Source: a virus (lineage: Duplodnaviria > Caudoviricetes). From it: a DNA stretch of 64,000 nucleotides. The position numbers were made by a program, and so were the translations under genes. The notes under the pieces are model-generated. The model ran no database searches, had not been told where the DNA came from, and saw only the letters and a program-made list of their open reading frames with translations. This document shows positions 16,903 through 26,681 of the stretch, piece after piece (position 1 is the stretch's first letter; each line of letters opens with the position of its first letter). The stretch covers positions 1-64,000 of IMG/VR virus record IMGVR_UViG_3300033407_000004. The stretch is one strand, 5' to 3'.

Positions 16903-16931
16903 TTGACTTTAAATTTACCTACGAGTATACT
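16903..16931 (+). promoter_or_regulatory. sigma70-type promoter, leaderless transcript
   Basis: TTGACT-17 bp-TATACT, ATG 8 nt downstream. Confidence 0.75.
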
Positions 16932-16938
16932 TATACAC

Positions 16939-17076
16939 ATGAAGATAAAAATACTTACCCTCACGTGTCTCAGGTGCAACCACAAATGGACCCCGCGAAC
17001 TGATGATGTCCGTATCTGCCCAAAGTGCAAATCCGCGCTTTGGGATAAACCGAAGAAGGAGCCCCATGGAAAATAG
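16939..17076 (+). CDS. 45-aa Zn-ribbon protein
   Basis: MKIKILTLTCLRCNHKW...CPKCKS; directly at predicted +1. Confidence 0.6.
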   Translation: MKIKILTLTCLRCNHKWTPRTDDVRICPKCKSALWDKPKKEPHGK

Positions 17077-17845
17077 TACGGTTAAATTGTGCGAATGCGG
17101 TTGCGGTAATCCTGCGCCAATTGCCAAGGCAACGGCTAAGCGTTTTGGTTATATTAAAGGGCAGCCAATGCGCTTTATCCAAAACCACAAGAAGTGCATT
17201 GATCTTACTGGACAGCGATTTGGCCGGCTTGTAGTATTGCGACTTGTCGCCCCGAAGGCTAAAGATCGTGGCGCATATTTCCTCTGTCAATGCGACTGCG
17301 GAGTGACTAAAGTTATACAGGGCAATTCTCTTAAAACAGGGCATACTGTATCGTGCGGATGCTTTAATAATGACAATTGCGGAAAGCTTGCGCAAAATTA
17401 TCTTGCGACACATAAAGAATATGGCACTCCTATTTACAGGATTTGGAACACTATGATACAGCGATGTCGCAATGAAAAATCTACGTCCTACGAACATTAC
17501 GGCGGTCGCGGTATTACGGTCTGCGAACGCTGGCATAAGTTTGAAAACTTTCTTGCCGATATGGGGCATAGACCAACTCCAAAGCACAGCATTGACCGCA
17601 TAAACAATGATGGTAACTATGAGCCTGGAAATTGTCGTTGGGCAACACAACAAGAGCAACACAACAACAGTCGGTTTAATAAATTTATTACTTATCAAGG
17701 ACAAACAAAAACATTGGCACAGTGGTGCGCTTTTCTCGGCCTTGAATATAACATCATACAACTGCGGCTTTCTAGGCACTGGACCGTTGAGCGAGCCCTT
17801 ACCACTCCCAATATGGGAATAGGGTATCATCCTCGCCTCAAATAA
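17066..17845 (+). CDS. HNH homing endonuclease-like protein
   Basis: AAGGAG RBS; CECGCG, 'IDLTGQRFGRLVV', 'HSIDRINNDGNYEPGNCRWAT'. Confidence 0.85.
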   Translation: MENSTVKLCECGCGNPAPIAKATAKRFGYIKGQPMRFIQNHKKCIDLTGQRFGRLVVLRLVAPKAKDRGAYFLCQCDCGVTKVIQGNSLKTGHTVSCGCFNNDNCGKLAQNYLATHKEYGTPIYRIWNTMIQRCRNEKSTSYEHYGGRGITVCERWHKFENFLADMGHRPTPKHSIDRINNDGNYEPGNCRWATQQEQHNNSRFNKFITYQGQTKTLAQWCAFLGLEYNIIQLRLSRHWTVERALTTPNMGIGYHPRLK

Positions 17846-17896
17846 TACGACTGCTTGCGATCAACATGAGTGCTGCGAGTGCTGTGGCGAATCGTT

Positions 17897-20800
17897 TCAT
17901 TCTTCCTCCTCGGTGGTTAATTCGATATCATCATTTGCGTTTGCAGACTTCACGGATTCATTTAAAAATGCCATCCTCTCGGTAATCATTTCATCAATAT
18001 CCCGGATTTCAGACTTGTCGGCGTTGTCGTCAAGAAGCTCTTTGCGCAATTTCCTGAACCTCTTCACATCGCGTTCAATGTCGTTGGCCAGTCTGTAAAG
18101 CCCCGCTTCCGGGTGGGCTTCAAGGTAATCGTCAATGTCCTTACCATCTTTCAACCTGCCCTCGATCTCGTTCTGATGCTTGTTCAGAAGGATGATGTTT
18201 TCGTAAAATCTGCTTCCCTCTGCGGATTGGCTTGCAGCATTACCGTAAAGTCTTCCGAAAAGCGGGATCTTGTGGGGCGGTAGGTCCTCTCCAGAGGCAA
18301 GCACGGTTGTGCTCGTGGCGACCTTATTTAACTCCCGTCCGACTCCGCCTGTGGCTTGTCCGATGAGGTAGTCTATTTGATCCGGGGTCGGGCTTACGAC
18401 CCCCGGCTGGTACTCAGTCCCGCCGGACAGCCAATTTATGGCTCGTGAAAGCTGCTTGCTGATTTCGCTTGCGGTATCCTTGGTTCTAGTATGTCCCGGC
18501 GTCGGGTTCAAGCTGTTATAATCCGGTCTCGAAATAGGTCTCCCCGTCCAGTCCCGGTTTTCCGCCAGTGCCGCAAACGGATCCAGCACGGTCGGAGCGA
18601 TAGTCTGCATGGACAGACCCGACCCACCGATCGGATTAAATGCATCCACTACCGTGCCGGCAAATGACGTAACCTTTTTCCCTACATCCTTGCGACCAGG
18701 CAAGAGAAGTTCCGTGGCTAACCGGCCCAGATTCGGCAGCACGAGAAAGCCTTGCGGCATGGGGATTGAGATGTACTTCTTACCGCCTATGGGAATAACG
18801 AAGCTCCTCTCACGAATAAAGCCCGGCGGCTCGTCATCATCGAATCCAAATGCGGCCAGCATCAAGGCATCCATGGCGCCGAGCAGTATTCCGCCAGCGA
18901 TTATCTTTTTGCCTGCCGGTCCCTTCAGGGTTTCCACCATCCTCGCCGTACCTTGGGCGGAGGCGTTAAAGAAGGCATACAGCGACCCTGCCTGCCTCGC
19001 TATTTGACCCTTCCTGTTAAAGTTGACGGTCAGGTTCTTGGCAATGCTTGCGGCCTGCATTTTGCTCATTCCGGCGTCTATGGCGGTTTTGTAAGTGGCA
19101 AGCCTGACTGCGTTCTCGGAAACCGTATTGTAGTCGGAAAGCCAGTTCATAACGGCCCTGCCTGCCATCCTCATCTTGCCTGCCATTGCTCGCTTGATTT
19201 CTCTCTGAAGGGCTTCCCCGCGCTCCTGAGAGTTTTTGAACATATCGCGATACCCGGTCTGTCCGCCTTCAGCTTGGAATTCTTCCCAAAGCTGCGCCCA
19301 TTGAGACGTGGGAGCCTTTCCTGACCTCTTCTTTCTGATATCCGAGTAAATACCCCGCAATGCGGAGACAGTGTGTTTCAGCACGATAGGCTGCTTGCCT
19401 GCCAGCGGAGTTGCGCTGAGATTCAGCATTCCGCTTTGAACGTCGCGCATGAGGTTGATAACGCCAAAGACCGGGTTGTACTGCGTGTTGATTGAGGCAA
19501 AATACCTTGTCGCTTTAGCGGAAAGCCCGAGCAAGTGGCTGATCTCGTCGGCATCCAGATTCTTGAGGGCTGCGGCCATCCGGACGGCTCTCTCATTAGT
19601 TTCGTTGAACATGACCGAATGTTCTTCGATTATTCCGGTTTTCTTATTCGGGATCCTTGCGATGATCACGTTTTCTTTTGACTTATAGAGCGGGTCAACC
19701 ATGGAAACAACTCGCTCTTCAACGTAAGGCTTTGCTGCCTTTCTCGCCACCGATCCGGGGATAGTTTCGGCAAAATCCTGAGCGTCTTCTTTGGTCAGGA
19801 AATTCCCCTCCACTTTCGCTTTGGATACGACTTCCCACGGGTAAACGGTGGCTTCGAGAGTCTTGATCTTTGGCGGCTGGTCAACCTTCCAGAAGTCTTT
19901 GTTCGGGTTCGCAAAAGCCAACCCGACAAGAGCGGTAGATACCCGGTTCTTTTCTCCCCGGATAATCGCCTTCTCTCGTTGAGACGCTATGTTTGCCAGA
20001 ATATCCACCACGGCCCGCTTCGAGCCAGTACGCCTCTTGGAGACTGGCCCGCGAACAGAGAAGCCCTGCCCGATTCCAGGACCTCGCTCCATGTCTTCCC
20101 GGTGAAGGGGTACGTAGTATTTATACGCTGACTCCATGGCGTCAACGTCGCTCTGAGCCGTAAGCCCGTATTCGACCCATGTCTGGCGAGTTTCTTTGTT
20201 GATCGCGTCAACCTTTTTCGCAAGGGCCTCGAATGCTGCCATATTTTCAGGGGTCAGCGATGAGAGATACGCTTGCGCATCCGCTGTATCCATGCCCGAT
20301 CCACCATCCTGCATGTCCGGGTTGTCAGGGTTCCGCTTGGCAATCGTCTCGTTCGCTTCCTGAGCATGGCGGGCGTGAAGATATTCCTCAAAGTCCGCGA
20401 TGGCTATTTTGCGCTTTGCCATCTCCTGCATAAGAGGCCGGATCTCTTGTTCAAGGAAATCCGATGTTTTCTTCGCGGTCCGGCCATGGAACAGCTCTTC
20501 CTGCATGTAGACATTGAACTTGTCTGCGATTTCCCCTACCTGCTTCTTTATGGCCGCAATCACCCGTTTTGTGTCGATATGCTTATCCTGCATGGTGCGG
20601 ATAAAAGAGTCCATCTTGGAAGGCTCTTCGGTCCACGAGACGCTATTCCTAGGGTTTTCGGCATTCACGCTTGCCGCTTCCTCTTTCGCCTTAACTTCCT
20701 CCACCTTCGGCCGCACCCCCTCCGCCTTCTTCATCATCTTCGCCCTGGACGCTTCCCACCGTCTCCGTGCCTCCTCGCGGGAGATAGGCCCCTCACCGAG

Positions 20801-23800
20801 GGCGCCGGACTGACCCAGCCGCTTATTCGCATCCCTGATGGCATGGAACGCCTTGAAGATCATCCCCTTAAAGCTGCTCCATGCGTCGCCAAGGAGCCTC
20901 TTCATGCTGGTTGAGAAGACGACATAGTTCTTCGCGCCGTCGGCATAGACCTTGTGGCCGATGTCAACAAGCTTGTCGTAGGCTTCCTTGGCTACAGGTG
21001 AAAGCTTTTTGAGGTCGTTCACCAGTACGTCGATGGGGATGCCGGAGTAGAGAATGATGGATGATTTTTTGTTGAACCGTTTGCTCAACGGGATCACGTC
21101 GCCCTGGTCGTCGCGGGTGATGGGGTCGGCGGACTTTATCTGGTTGGGGTTCAGGGCAACGTATGAATCGCTCCCCTTGTCTTCCTGCTCGTTCGTGTAG
21201 ACAAACCCATCGTAGCCTTTTTTCTCAAGGATGCTGTTCAGCGCATCCCATCCCTTTTGGTCGGTTTGTTTCCACGCGGCCCATGCTCGATCTGCCTCTT
21301 TGTCGGTAATGATATTTTCTCGGCTCAAATGGCTCCTGATGCCGTCAAATGTCCATACTCCGAGATCAGGGACTCGCAGAGGATTTTTAATGTCCAAGAA
21401 CAGGCGCATTGGCTCAATCGTTTTCGGCTGTTTCTTTGCAAATGCCTTTGCTTCTATTTCTGTTTTGAATGGTCCTTGGCCTTCTCCGCTCATTGGTCCA
21501 GAGTCAGCAAATACGAGAAATTCATTTCCGTCTTTTTCAACGTCATATCCTATATTGAGTTGTCCTGATGCGCGGTCAATAGCTGCCTGCCGAGTTCCGA
21601 AGTGAGCCATGCCGCCAGACGCTTCCATGCTGAATTCGTTGAAATCGTTATCGGTCCAGTGATACACTGGCCCCACGGTATACCCCGCCCTCTTCGCCGC
21701 CTCGTCCACCATCTTCTGCGCGGTTGCGAGATCGCCGGAGGCTACGGCTTGCAAGTATTCCCGGTCCTGCTCGCGCTGGAAGGGGTTGAGGTTGGAGGTT
21801 TCCCGTGATTCCGCCACCCCCCCCCCTCTCCTGACAATCCGCTCCTCTCCCGGCGCAAGGTCGGTGCGATCGTAGGGAGTGCCCATGCGTTCGGCTTGGG
21901 TCATGTCGGCGCGGGCGGAGACGCGGCGGGCTTCTTCTTCGCCGGAACTCAGCATGTAATTTCTGTTTGTTTCCGATACAATGCTTTCCGCCATGTCTCG
22001 TATTTCACTGGCAAGATTTCTTAAGCGCGTGTTTTCTCGCGGTGTTCTTTGCGCAAAAGGCTTTTCTTTGAGTGCATCATGTTCTGTCGTGAGTGCGTCG
22101 AACTTTGCCTTTGTCTCTGAAGCATTATCAACCGATGCAGCAATACTTGAACCGCTTGCAAACCCCTCTCGCTCCTGAATGGCGTGCTGGATCTCATGAA
22201 GGATACTTGACAAGTGCTCTTTGTATGGCCGCGCTGAATTCACGGTAATTGTGTCAGTCTTGGTGTTGTAAGACGCCCCTGCCGTCATATCTTTGAATGG
22301 GTCTGGCAAGGCAACCCTGATGTTCTTTGCATCCGGGTATGCTTCGTACAGTGCGGGGTGATCTAATATTTCACTGAGATACACACTCCCCCTACTGCTG
22401 TTACTAATTTTTTCTATAATGGAATATTTTGATTTCCACTTCGCCCCTTCATCGTCAAGCTCAATCCGCTCCTGCTTATCCGCGAGGTCTGAGAACTTGC
22501 CCTGAGCTTCGGAAAAGCCTTTCGCTTTCGGACCGACGAATACCCCGCGCTCATTACTCAGTTTATCGCCCAACTCCCTGTTCGCCTTCTTCGCCGCGAA
22601 GTAGACTTTCTCCATGAGGTGCTTGAACTTATCCCACATATCCCCCAAGTGGGATTTCATCGCATTGCGGAAGTCGAAGAACTTTGTTTTCCCTGACTGC
22701 AAAACGCCTTGTCCAAGCTCAATGAGTTTGGGGAGCGCTTCCTTGGAATGAACCTGCGGGTTTCTGCCGATACGGACAGGGGATCCTGCGGCCAGTGAAT
22801 CGGTGATGGTTGAAGGTGTGGCTATGCTCGCTGCCGGCTGCTCCGTTTTCCCGCCCTGTTTTGCAGCAAACTTCGCCCTGCTGGCCTCTATGTGAGCGTC
22901 CAGTTTTTCCGGGGTGAAGTCTTGCATCCCCACCATCAGGGTGCTTTTCGTCTGCGGGTCAGTGAACAGGACGCCGGCCGGAATGCTGCCGGCCCCTTCC
23001 TGAACGCCGTTGATCGTCATGCCGCGGCTTTCAAGTTCGGTTTTGATGTTCTCAGGAACGCCTTCTGTCTTCGCCTTGCTCACTGCCAGCGTAGGAATAG
23101 ATTCCGATGCCGTGAACTCTTCTGTCGTCCCGTCCTTGATCTTTACTTTATTGCCGTCATTGGACGTAACTTTGAACGTGTCGATCTCACCCGTAGATTC
23201 ACTGCGCTTGACTACGGTATCGCCCACGCTGAGAAGGTCGGCGTCTAGGTTCTGTTCTCCGGTCAAGGCGGCCTTTACCGCCTGCTGCCTGGTCTCCGCG
23301 TCCATCGGGAGGCCGCGAAGCTTCTCGGAGTCGAGTATTTCTTGCGTCTTGGCTCGCATGGGTGATAATTCAGCGGTTCTCCTGTCAATGCCACCTGCAA
23401 CAGCCACAGAGGGCGTCTCTTGTCCGGGGATAGCGGGAGTCGCTATAGCTGCTGGTGTCTCAACAGCGGCCACGGGAGCCACGGGAGTAGTGCTTTTCTC
23501 TGGAGTTGCTACCTGCTCGATCTGTGCAAGCTCATCCTGAAGGAATTGAGCGTACTCCCTGCCCTGAGCCTGACCGTTGGCGATCCGGCTCGCCCATTCC
23601 TCGCGGCGCTTCGCCCTGCCTGCTTCGTCGGTGGCCCATGCCTGTTTCTGCTTCGCGCGGTCGGCCTCGCTCTCCTGGAGGTTCACGGCATCCATTTCGG
23701 ACTGAATGCCTCGGCTCGCATCTGCCTGCTGCGCCGCGACTTTGGCGGCTACGGGCTTGCCGGCGGCGATGTTCTTGATGTCGGCAAGGGCGTTGTTGAA

Positions 23801-25597
23801 GGTTTCTTCGGGGGTGGCTGCTTTTTCGGACTGTGCTTCCCCCGGAATCATGTAGTTGTAGCTAGCCAGAAGCTCATCTACGGACACGGGTTCGCCTCGC
23901 TCGATGCTTTTTAATGCGTTATCGCGCCAGTTCCGGGCTATGAGCGGGTTTTCGTTCACTTGGGAGATGGTTTTGGCAACCTCCCTAACCGCCTCGGCTC
24001 GGACACCTGGACTCGCATTCACTCCGTACAGCTTCTTGATAATGCCCCTTTTGTGGACGGCCCCCATACTTGTTCCGAGCAAGCTGAACAGTATTCCGGC
24101 ACCGGCCGCCGGGGCCATAGAAGCTCTCGCCTCACGCCAGGGATCAATCTCGTGAAGGTTCCCATCGTCGTCCTCTCGCTTCAGCCCCGCGCTCTTCTCA
24201 ATGCTGCCGCCCCAGGCGCTCTGTACGGTTTCCTCGGCGGTCTCCGTCAATGCAGACTTCCCGGCGCGCTTGGCTATTTCTAGAGGCGATGTCTTAAATA
24301 TTTGCCTGATTGTGTCCTTAACGGCATTCTTTGCCGCTGCATTTGCTCCAGGTAACAGTTTTGCTATTCTCGCAATGGCTAAGTTGCCAGCAAACTCAAC
24401 ACCGCCTTCTACCAACGCGGCATAGATGGCCTTATCCTTTATAAGTGCTTCTCCGTCTACCCCCTGCTTGTTCAGTTTTTCGATCAACCCCTGCTTCCTA
24501 GCGTCTTGGATTACCTGGTCGTACTTCTCGGCACCGAACACAGTACCAGCGCCAGCGGCGAAACCGATAGCTGCTCCTACCGGGCCTCCGACTGCGGTGC
24601 CAGCGGCCATGGCCGGGACACTTGCGGTTATAGACTCGGCAGCGCTCTCGAAGGCTGCCGGGATTACGCCGCGCACACCTCCAGCTTCAGCCTGTTTCGA
24701 CGGTCGCAGAAACCCTGATTTTCCCGCATCTTCCGCCCATCCAGAAACAGCGGTGAGTTTCGGAGACGATTCAGGGGTATCTCCGAGCCTGAGCGCACGG
24801 GCGCCCATTCCGACGCCTCCGACCACGCCACGGGAGATTGCCGAAGCAACATCGGTCGCGGCACCAAAAACCCCAGGTCGGTCGGCCGTTTTAGCACTCT
24901 TCGCTTCATCGTATAACCGCACATAGCTATCGTAATCATCAATAAGCCCTTTATGCCGTTCATACACTCGGCTAAACTCTGCGGCAATGTTATTTCTATT
25001 TCCTAGCAACCCGTTGAAGGCATCTACTTTTACCTTATAATCATTGTAAATGTCCTTTGGCAAGCCAGACGGATAGTTTTTTGCGGTAGAGTCGAGATCG
25101 CTTTTTATTTGAGCTAGGTTTTTATCAATTTCGTCAAGCTTTACTTTCCTTGCGAGAAGGTCGTTTTCGGAGTCTCCGATTGTTTTTTTCTTCGCATCTA
25201 AGGCAATAATATTGGGCTGCTCTTCCCATTCTCCCGTTGCGCCATGTGGAGCTTCCGCAGCCGACAGGCCGCTTATGACTTGGCTGCCAACATCCCCCGC
25301 CGCCTTGCTGATATCCGCTTCAGACAGGTTCATGCCGGCAGTGGGGGAGAACGCAGACAGGCCGGTAGGGAGTTTTGGCTGAACCGCTTCATGCGCCGGT
25401 GCCATGCCGGGGGCTACAGCATGAGACGGAACGGTATCAACCTCCATCGGAGCTTCGGGCGTCTGCTTGAACAGCGACTTGTACCACGGGGTTTTCTTCT
25501 CAACGCCTTCTACCCCTGACAAGTCAATTCCCTCTATGCCAGACAAATCAACTGCCTCGGGCTTTGATTCCTCTATTCCGGTCAAATCAACGGGCAT
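17897..25597 (-). CDS. Large polyvalent internal-virion/ejection protein (LPD23-like zincin, ART-PolyVal-like, LPD38-like C-terminus)
   Basis: 2566 aa after DNA-transfer genes; 'LHEIQHAIQEREGFASG', 'AQKMVDEAAKRAGY..VYHWT..FNEF..HFGT', 'NFNRKG..SLYAFFNASAQG'. Confidence 0.75.
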   Translation of the reverse strand: MPVDLTGIEESKPEAVDLSGIEGIDLSGVEGVEKKTPWYKSLFKQTPEAPMEVDTVPSHAVAPGMAPAHEAVQPKLPTGLSAFSPTAGMNLSEADISKAAGDVGSQVISGLSAAEAPHGATGEWEEQPNIIALDAKKKTIGDSENDLLARKVKLDEIDKNLAQIKSDLDSTAKNYPSGLPKDIYNDYKVKVDAFNGLLGNRNNIAAEFSRVYERHKGLIDDYDSYVRLYDEAKSAKTADRPGVFGAATDVASAISRGVVGGVGMGARALRLGDTPESSPKLTAVSGWAEDAGKSGFLRPSKQAEAGGVRGVIPAAFESAAESITASVPAMAAGTAVGGPVGAAIGFAAGAGTVFGAEKYDQVIQDARKQGLIEKLNKQGVDGEALIKDKAIYAALVEGGVEFAGNLAIARIAKLLPGANAAAKNAVKDTIRQIFKTSPLEIAKRAGKSALTETAEETVQSAWGGSIEKSAGLKREDDDGNLHEIDPWREARASMAPAAGAGILFSLLGTSMGAVHKRGIIKKLYGVNASPGVRAEAVREVAKTISQVNENPLIARNWRDNALKSIERGEPVSVDELLASYNYMIPGEAQSEKAATPEETFNNALADIKNIAAGKPVAAKVAAQQADASRGIQSEMDAVNLQESEADRAKQKQAWATDEAGRAKRREEWASRIANGQAQGREYAQFLQDELAQIEQVATPEKSTTPVAPVAAVETPAAIATPAIPGQETPSVAVAGGIDRRTAELSPMRAKTQEILDSEKLRGLPMDAETRQQAVKAALTGEQNLDADLLSVGDTVVKRSESTGEIDTFKVTSNDGNKVKIKDGTTEEFTASESIPTLAVSKAKTEGVPENIKTELESRGMTINGVQEGAGSIPAGVLFTDPQTKSTLMVGMQDFTPEKLDAHIEASRAKFAAKQGGKTEQPAASIATPSTITDSLAAGSPVRIGRNPQVHSKEALPKLIELGQGVLQSGKTKFFDFRNAMKSHLGDMWDKFKHLMEKVYFAAKKANRELGDKLSNERGVFVGPKAKGFSEAQGKFSDLADKQERIELDDEGAKWKSKYSIIEKISNSSRGSVYLSEILDHPALYEAYPDAKNIRVALPDPFKDMTAGASYNTKTDTITVNSARPYKEHLSSILHEIQHAIQEREGFASGSSIAASVDNASETKAKFDALTTEHDALKEKPFAQRTPRENTRLRNLASEIRDMAESIVSETNRNYMLSSGEEEARRVSARADMTQAERMGTPYDRTDLAPGEERIVRRGGGVAESRETSNLNPFQREQDREYLQAVASGDLATAQKMVDEAAKRAGYTVGPVYHWTDNDFNEFSMEASGGMAHFGTRQAAIDRASGQLNIGYDVEKDGNEFLVFADSGPMSGEGQGPFKTEIEAKAFAKKQPKTIEPMRLFLDIKNPLRVPDLGVWTFDGIRSHLSRENIITDKEADRAWAAWKQTDQKGWDALNSILEKKGYDGFVYTNEQEDKGSDSYVALNPNQIKSADPITRDDQGDVIPLSKRFNKKSSIILYSGIPIDVLVNDLKKLSPVAKEAYDKLVDIGHKVYADGAKNYVVFSTSMKRLLGDAWSSFKGMIFKAFHAIRDANKRLGQSGALGEGPISREEARRRWEASRAKMMKKAEGVRPKVEEVKAKEEAASVNAENPRNSVSWTEEPSKMDSFIRTMQDKHIDTKRVIAAIKKQVGEIADKFNVYMQEELFHGRTAKKTSDFLEQEIRPLMQEMAKRKIAIADFEEYLHARHAQEANETIAKRNPDNPDMQDGGSGMDTADAQAYLSSLTPENMAAFEALAKKVDAINKETRQTWVEYGLTAQSDVDAMESAYKYYVPLHREDMERGPGIGQGFSVRGPVSKRRTGSKRAVVDILANIASQREKAIIRGEKNRVSTALVGLAFANPNKDFWKVDQPPKIKTLEATVYPWEVVSKAKVEGNFLTKEDAQDFAETIPGSVARKAAKPYVEERVVSMVDPLYKSKENVIIARIPNKKTGIIEEHSVMFNETNERAVRMAAALKNLDADEISHLLGLSAKATRYFASINTQYNPVFGVINLMRDVQSGMLNLSATPLAGKQPIVLKHTVSALRGIYSDIRKKRSGKAPTSQWAQLWEEFQAEGGQTGYRDMFKNSQERGEALQREIKRAMAGKMRMAGRAVMNWLSDYNTVSENAVRLATYKTAIDAGMSKMQAASIAKNLTVNFNRKGQIARQAGSLYAFFNASAQGTARMVETLKGPAGKKIIAGGILLGAMDALMLAAFGFDDDEPPGFIRERSFVIPIGGKKYISIPMPQGFLVLPNLGRLATELLLPGRKDVGKKVTSFAGTVVDAFNPIGGSGLSMQTIAPTVLDPFAALAENRDWTGRPISRPDYNSLNPTPGHTRTKDTASEISKQLSRAINWLSGGTEYQPGVVSPTPDQIDYLIGQATGGVGRELNKVATSTTVLASGEDLPPHKIPLFGRLYGNAASQSAEGSRFYENIILLNKHQNEIEGRLKDGKDIDDYLEAHPEAGLYRLANDIERDVKRFRKLRKELLDDNADKSEIRDIDEMITERMAFLNESVKSANANDDIELTTEEEE

Positions 25598-26658
25598 TAT
25601 TTTATCCCCTGTTTTGCAAGAGCTGCGTAAATTTGTTCATCGGAATACTTCGCGTTGTTTTTGTTTGACCTTGCTATCTTAAAAGATGCTTCGAGTGATG
25701 CAGATTTACCGCCACTCCCCTTCTGCCCCATCACCTGCTCAAGCGCCATGTTCATGTCGATAACAACATCCCCCTTGCCCCTTACCCACTTTTTCTTGCC
25801 TACAAGCGGCTTCGCGGCCCTTATATCGGCGGCGGAAATGCTCGGGTACTTGGTTTTGTAATCTGCGAGGAAGTCCGCGATCTCCTTGTCGGTTTCGCTC
25901 GGCTTGGTTGCGCTGGTCGGTTTCCCGGCTTGTATCTTAGCCCGCCGATCCTTTCCCTTCTCCCCTTCTTTAAAGCGTCTTTCGTCGTTTACTTCTTTCT
26001 GAACCGCTCTCCGGTTGCTTGCAAGCTCTCCCGTGTACTTTCCGTACACATCGCTGCCGATGAAGGACATCATATCCTGGTGGCTGTATGAGTCGGAAGC
26101 GGATAGCCCTATTTCCTTAGCTTCCGGGTCGGAGTTTACCATAGCCATGACCTTTGACCATTCCGGCTGCATAGCCTGACTAATGGCCTGCTCTGCGGCC
26201 TGCCTCATCTCGACATCCCCGATTGTGGCCGGGTCATATCCCATCTGAGCCGCTATGTCGTCATGCAGCCGTACCATGCTTAGTGCCGGAGCCTCATACT
26301 TCTTCTGCACTTCCTTGGCTTTCTCGCGAAGAATCTTTTGCTGCTCCTTCTGGTAATCGGTGTACTGCTTCGTCAGTTCCATCCCCTTTACCGGATTAAC
26401 TTTGTTTACTTCGCCAATCAGGGCGCCCATAAACCCAGCCTGATCCATTGTCCCGTCAGGTTTGGCGTATTTCGGTGCAAGGCTCTGCGCGGTGGTCTTC
26501 ATCCACTCGCTTTCTGCCTGTTTCTTTTCAGCTTCGTCCAGGTTGAGCGCGTTTATCCGGCTTGCGCGAATGTTATTGACTGTCCCGAGACCTGCGTTGA
26601 AGTTCTGTGCGAGGTCGGGGCTTATGGTGACGGGGTCCATGAGGGAGTTGATTGCCAT
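25597..26658 (-). CDS. Putative DNA ejection protein
   Basis: Helical, Ala/Gln-rich; synteny with P22-like ejection genes. Confidence 0.5.
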   Translation of the reverse strand: MAINSLMDPVTISPDLAQNFNAGLGTVNNIRASRINALNLDEAEKKQAESEWMKTTAQSLAPKYAKPDGTMDQAGFMGALIGEVNKVNPVKGMELTKQYTDYQKEQQKILREKAKEVQKKYEAPALSMVRLHDDIAAQMGYDPATIGDVEMRQAAEQAISQAMQPEWSKVMAMVNSDPEAKEIGLSASDSYSHQDMMSFIGSDVYGKYTGELASNRRAVQKEVNDERRFKEGEKGKDRRAKIQAGKPTSATKPSETDKEIADFLADYKTKYPSISAADIRAAKPLVGKKKWVRGKGDVVIDMNMALEQVMGQKGSGGKSASLEASFKIARSNKNNAKYSDEQIYAALAKQGIK

Positions 26659-26681
26659 GCTTAACCTCCGATATTTGATAA

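Noticed and set aside
1-17000. Diversity-generating retroelement acting on tail fibers
   Set aside because: No reverse transcriptase and no TR/VR repeat pair seen
16970-17830. 286-aa - strand ORF
   Set aside because: Antisense shadow of the HNH gene
18609-25682. Numerous + strand ORFs of 60-213 aa within the giant gene
   Set aside because: GC-rich antisense shadows without RBS or motifs
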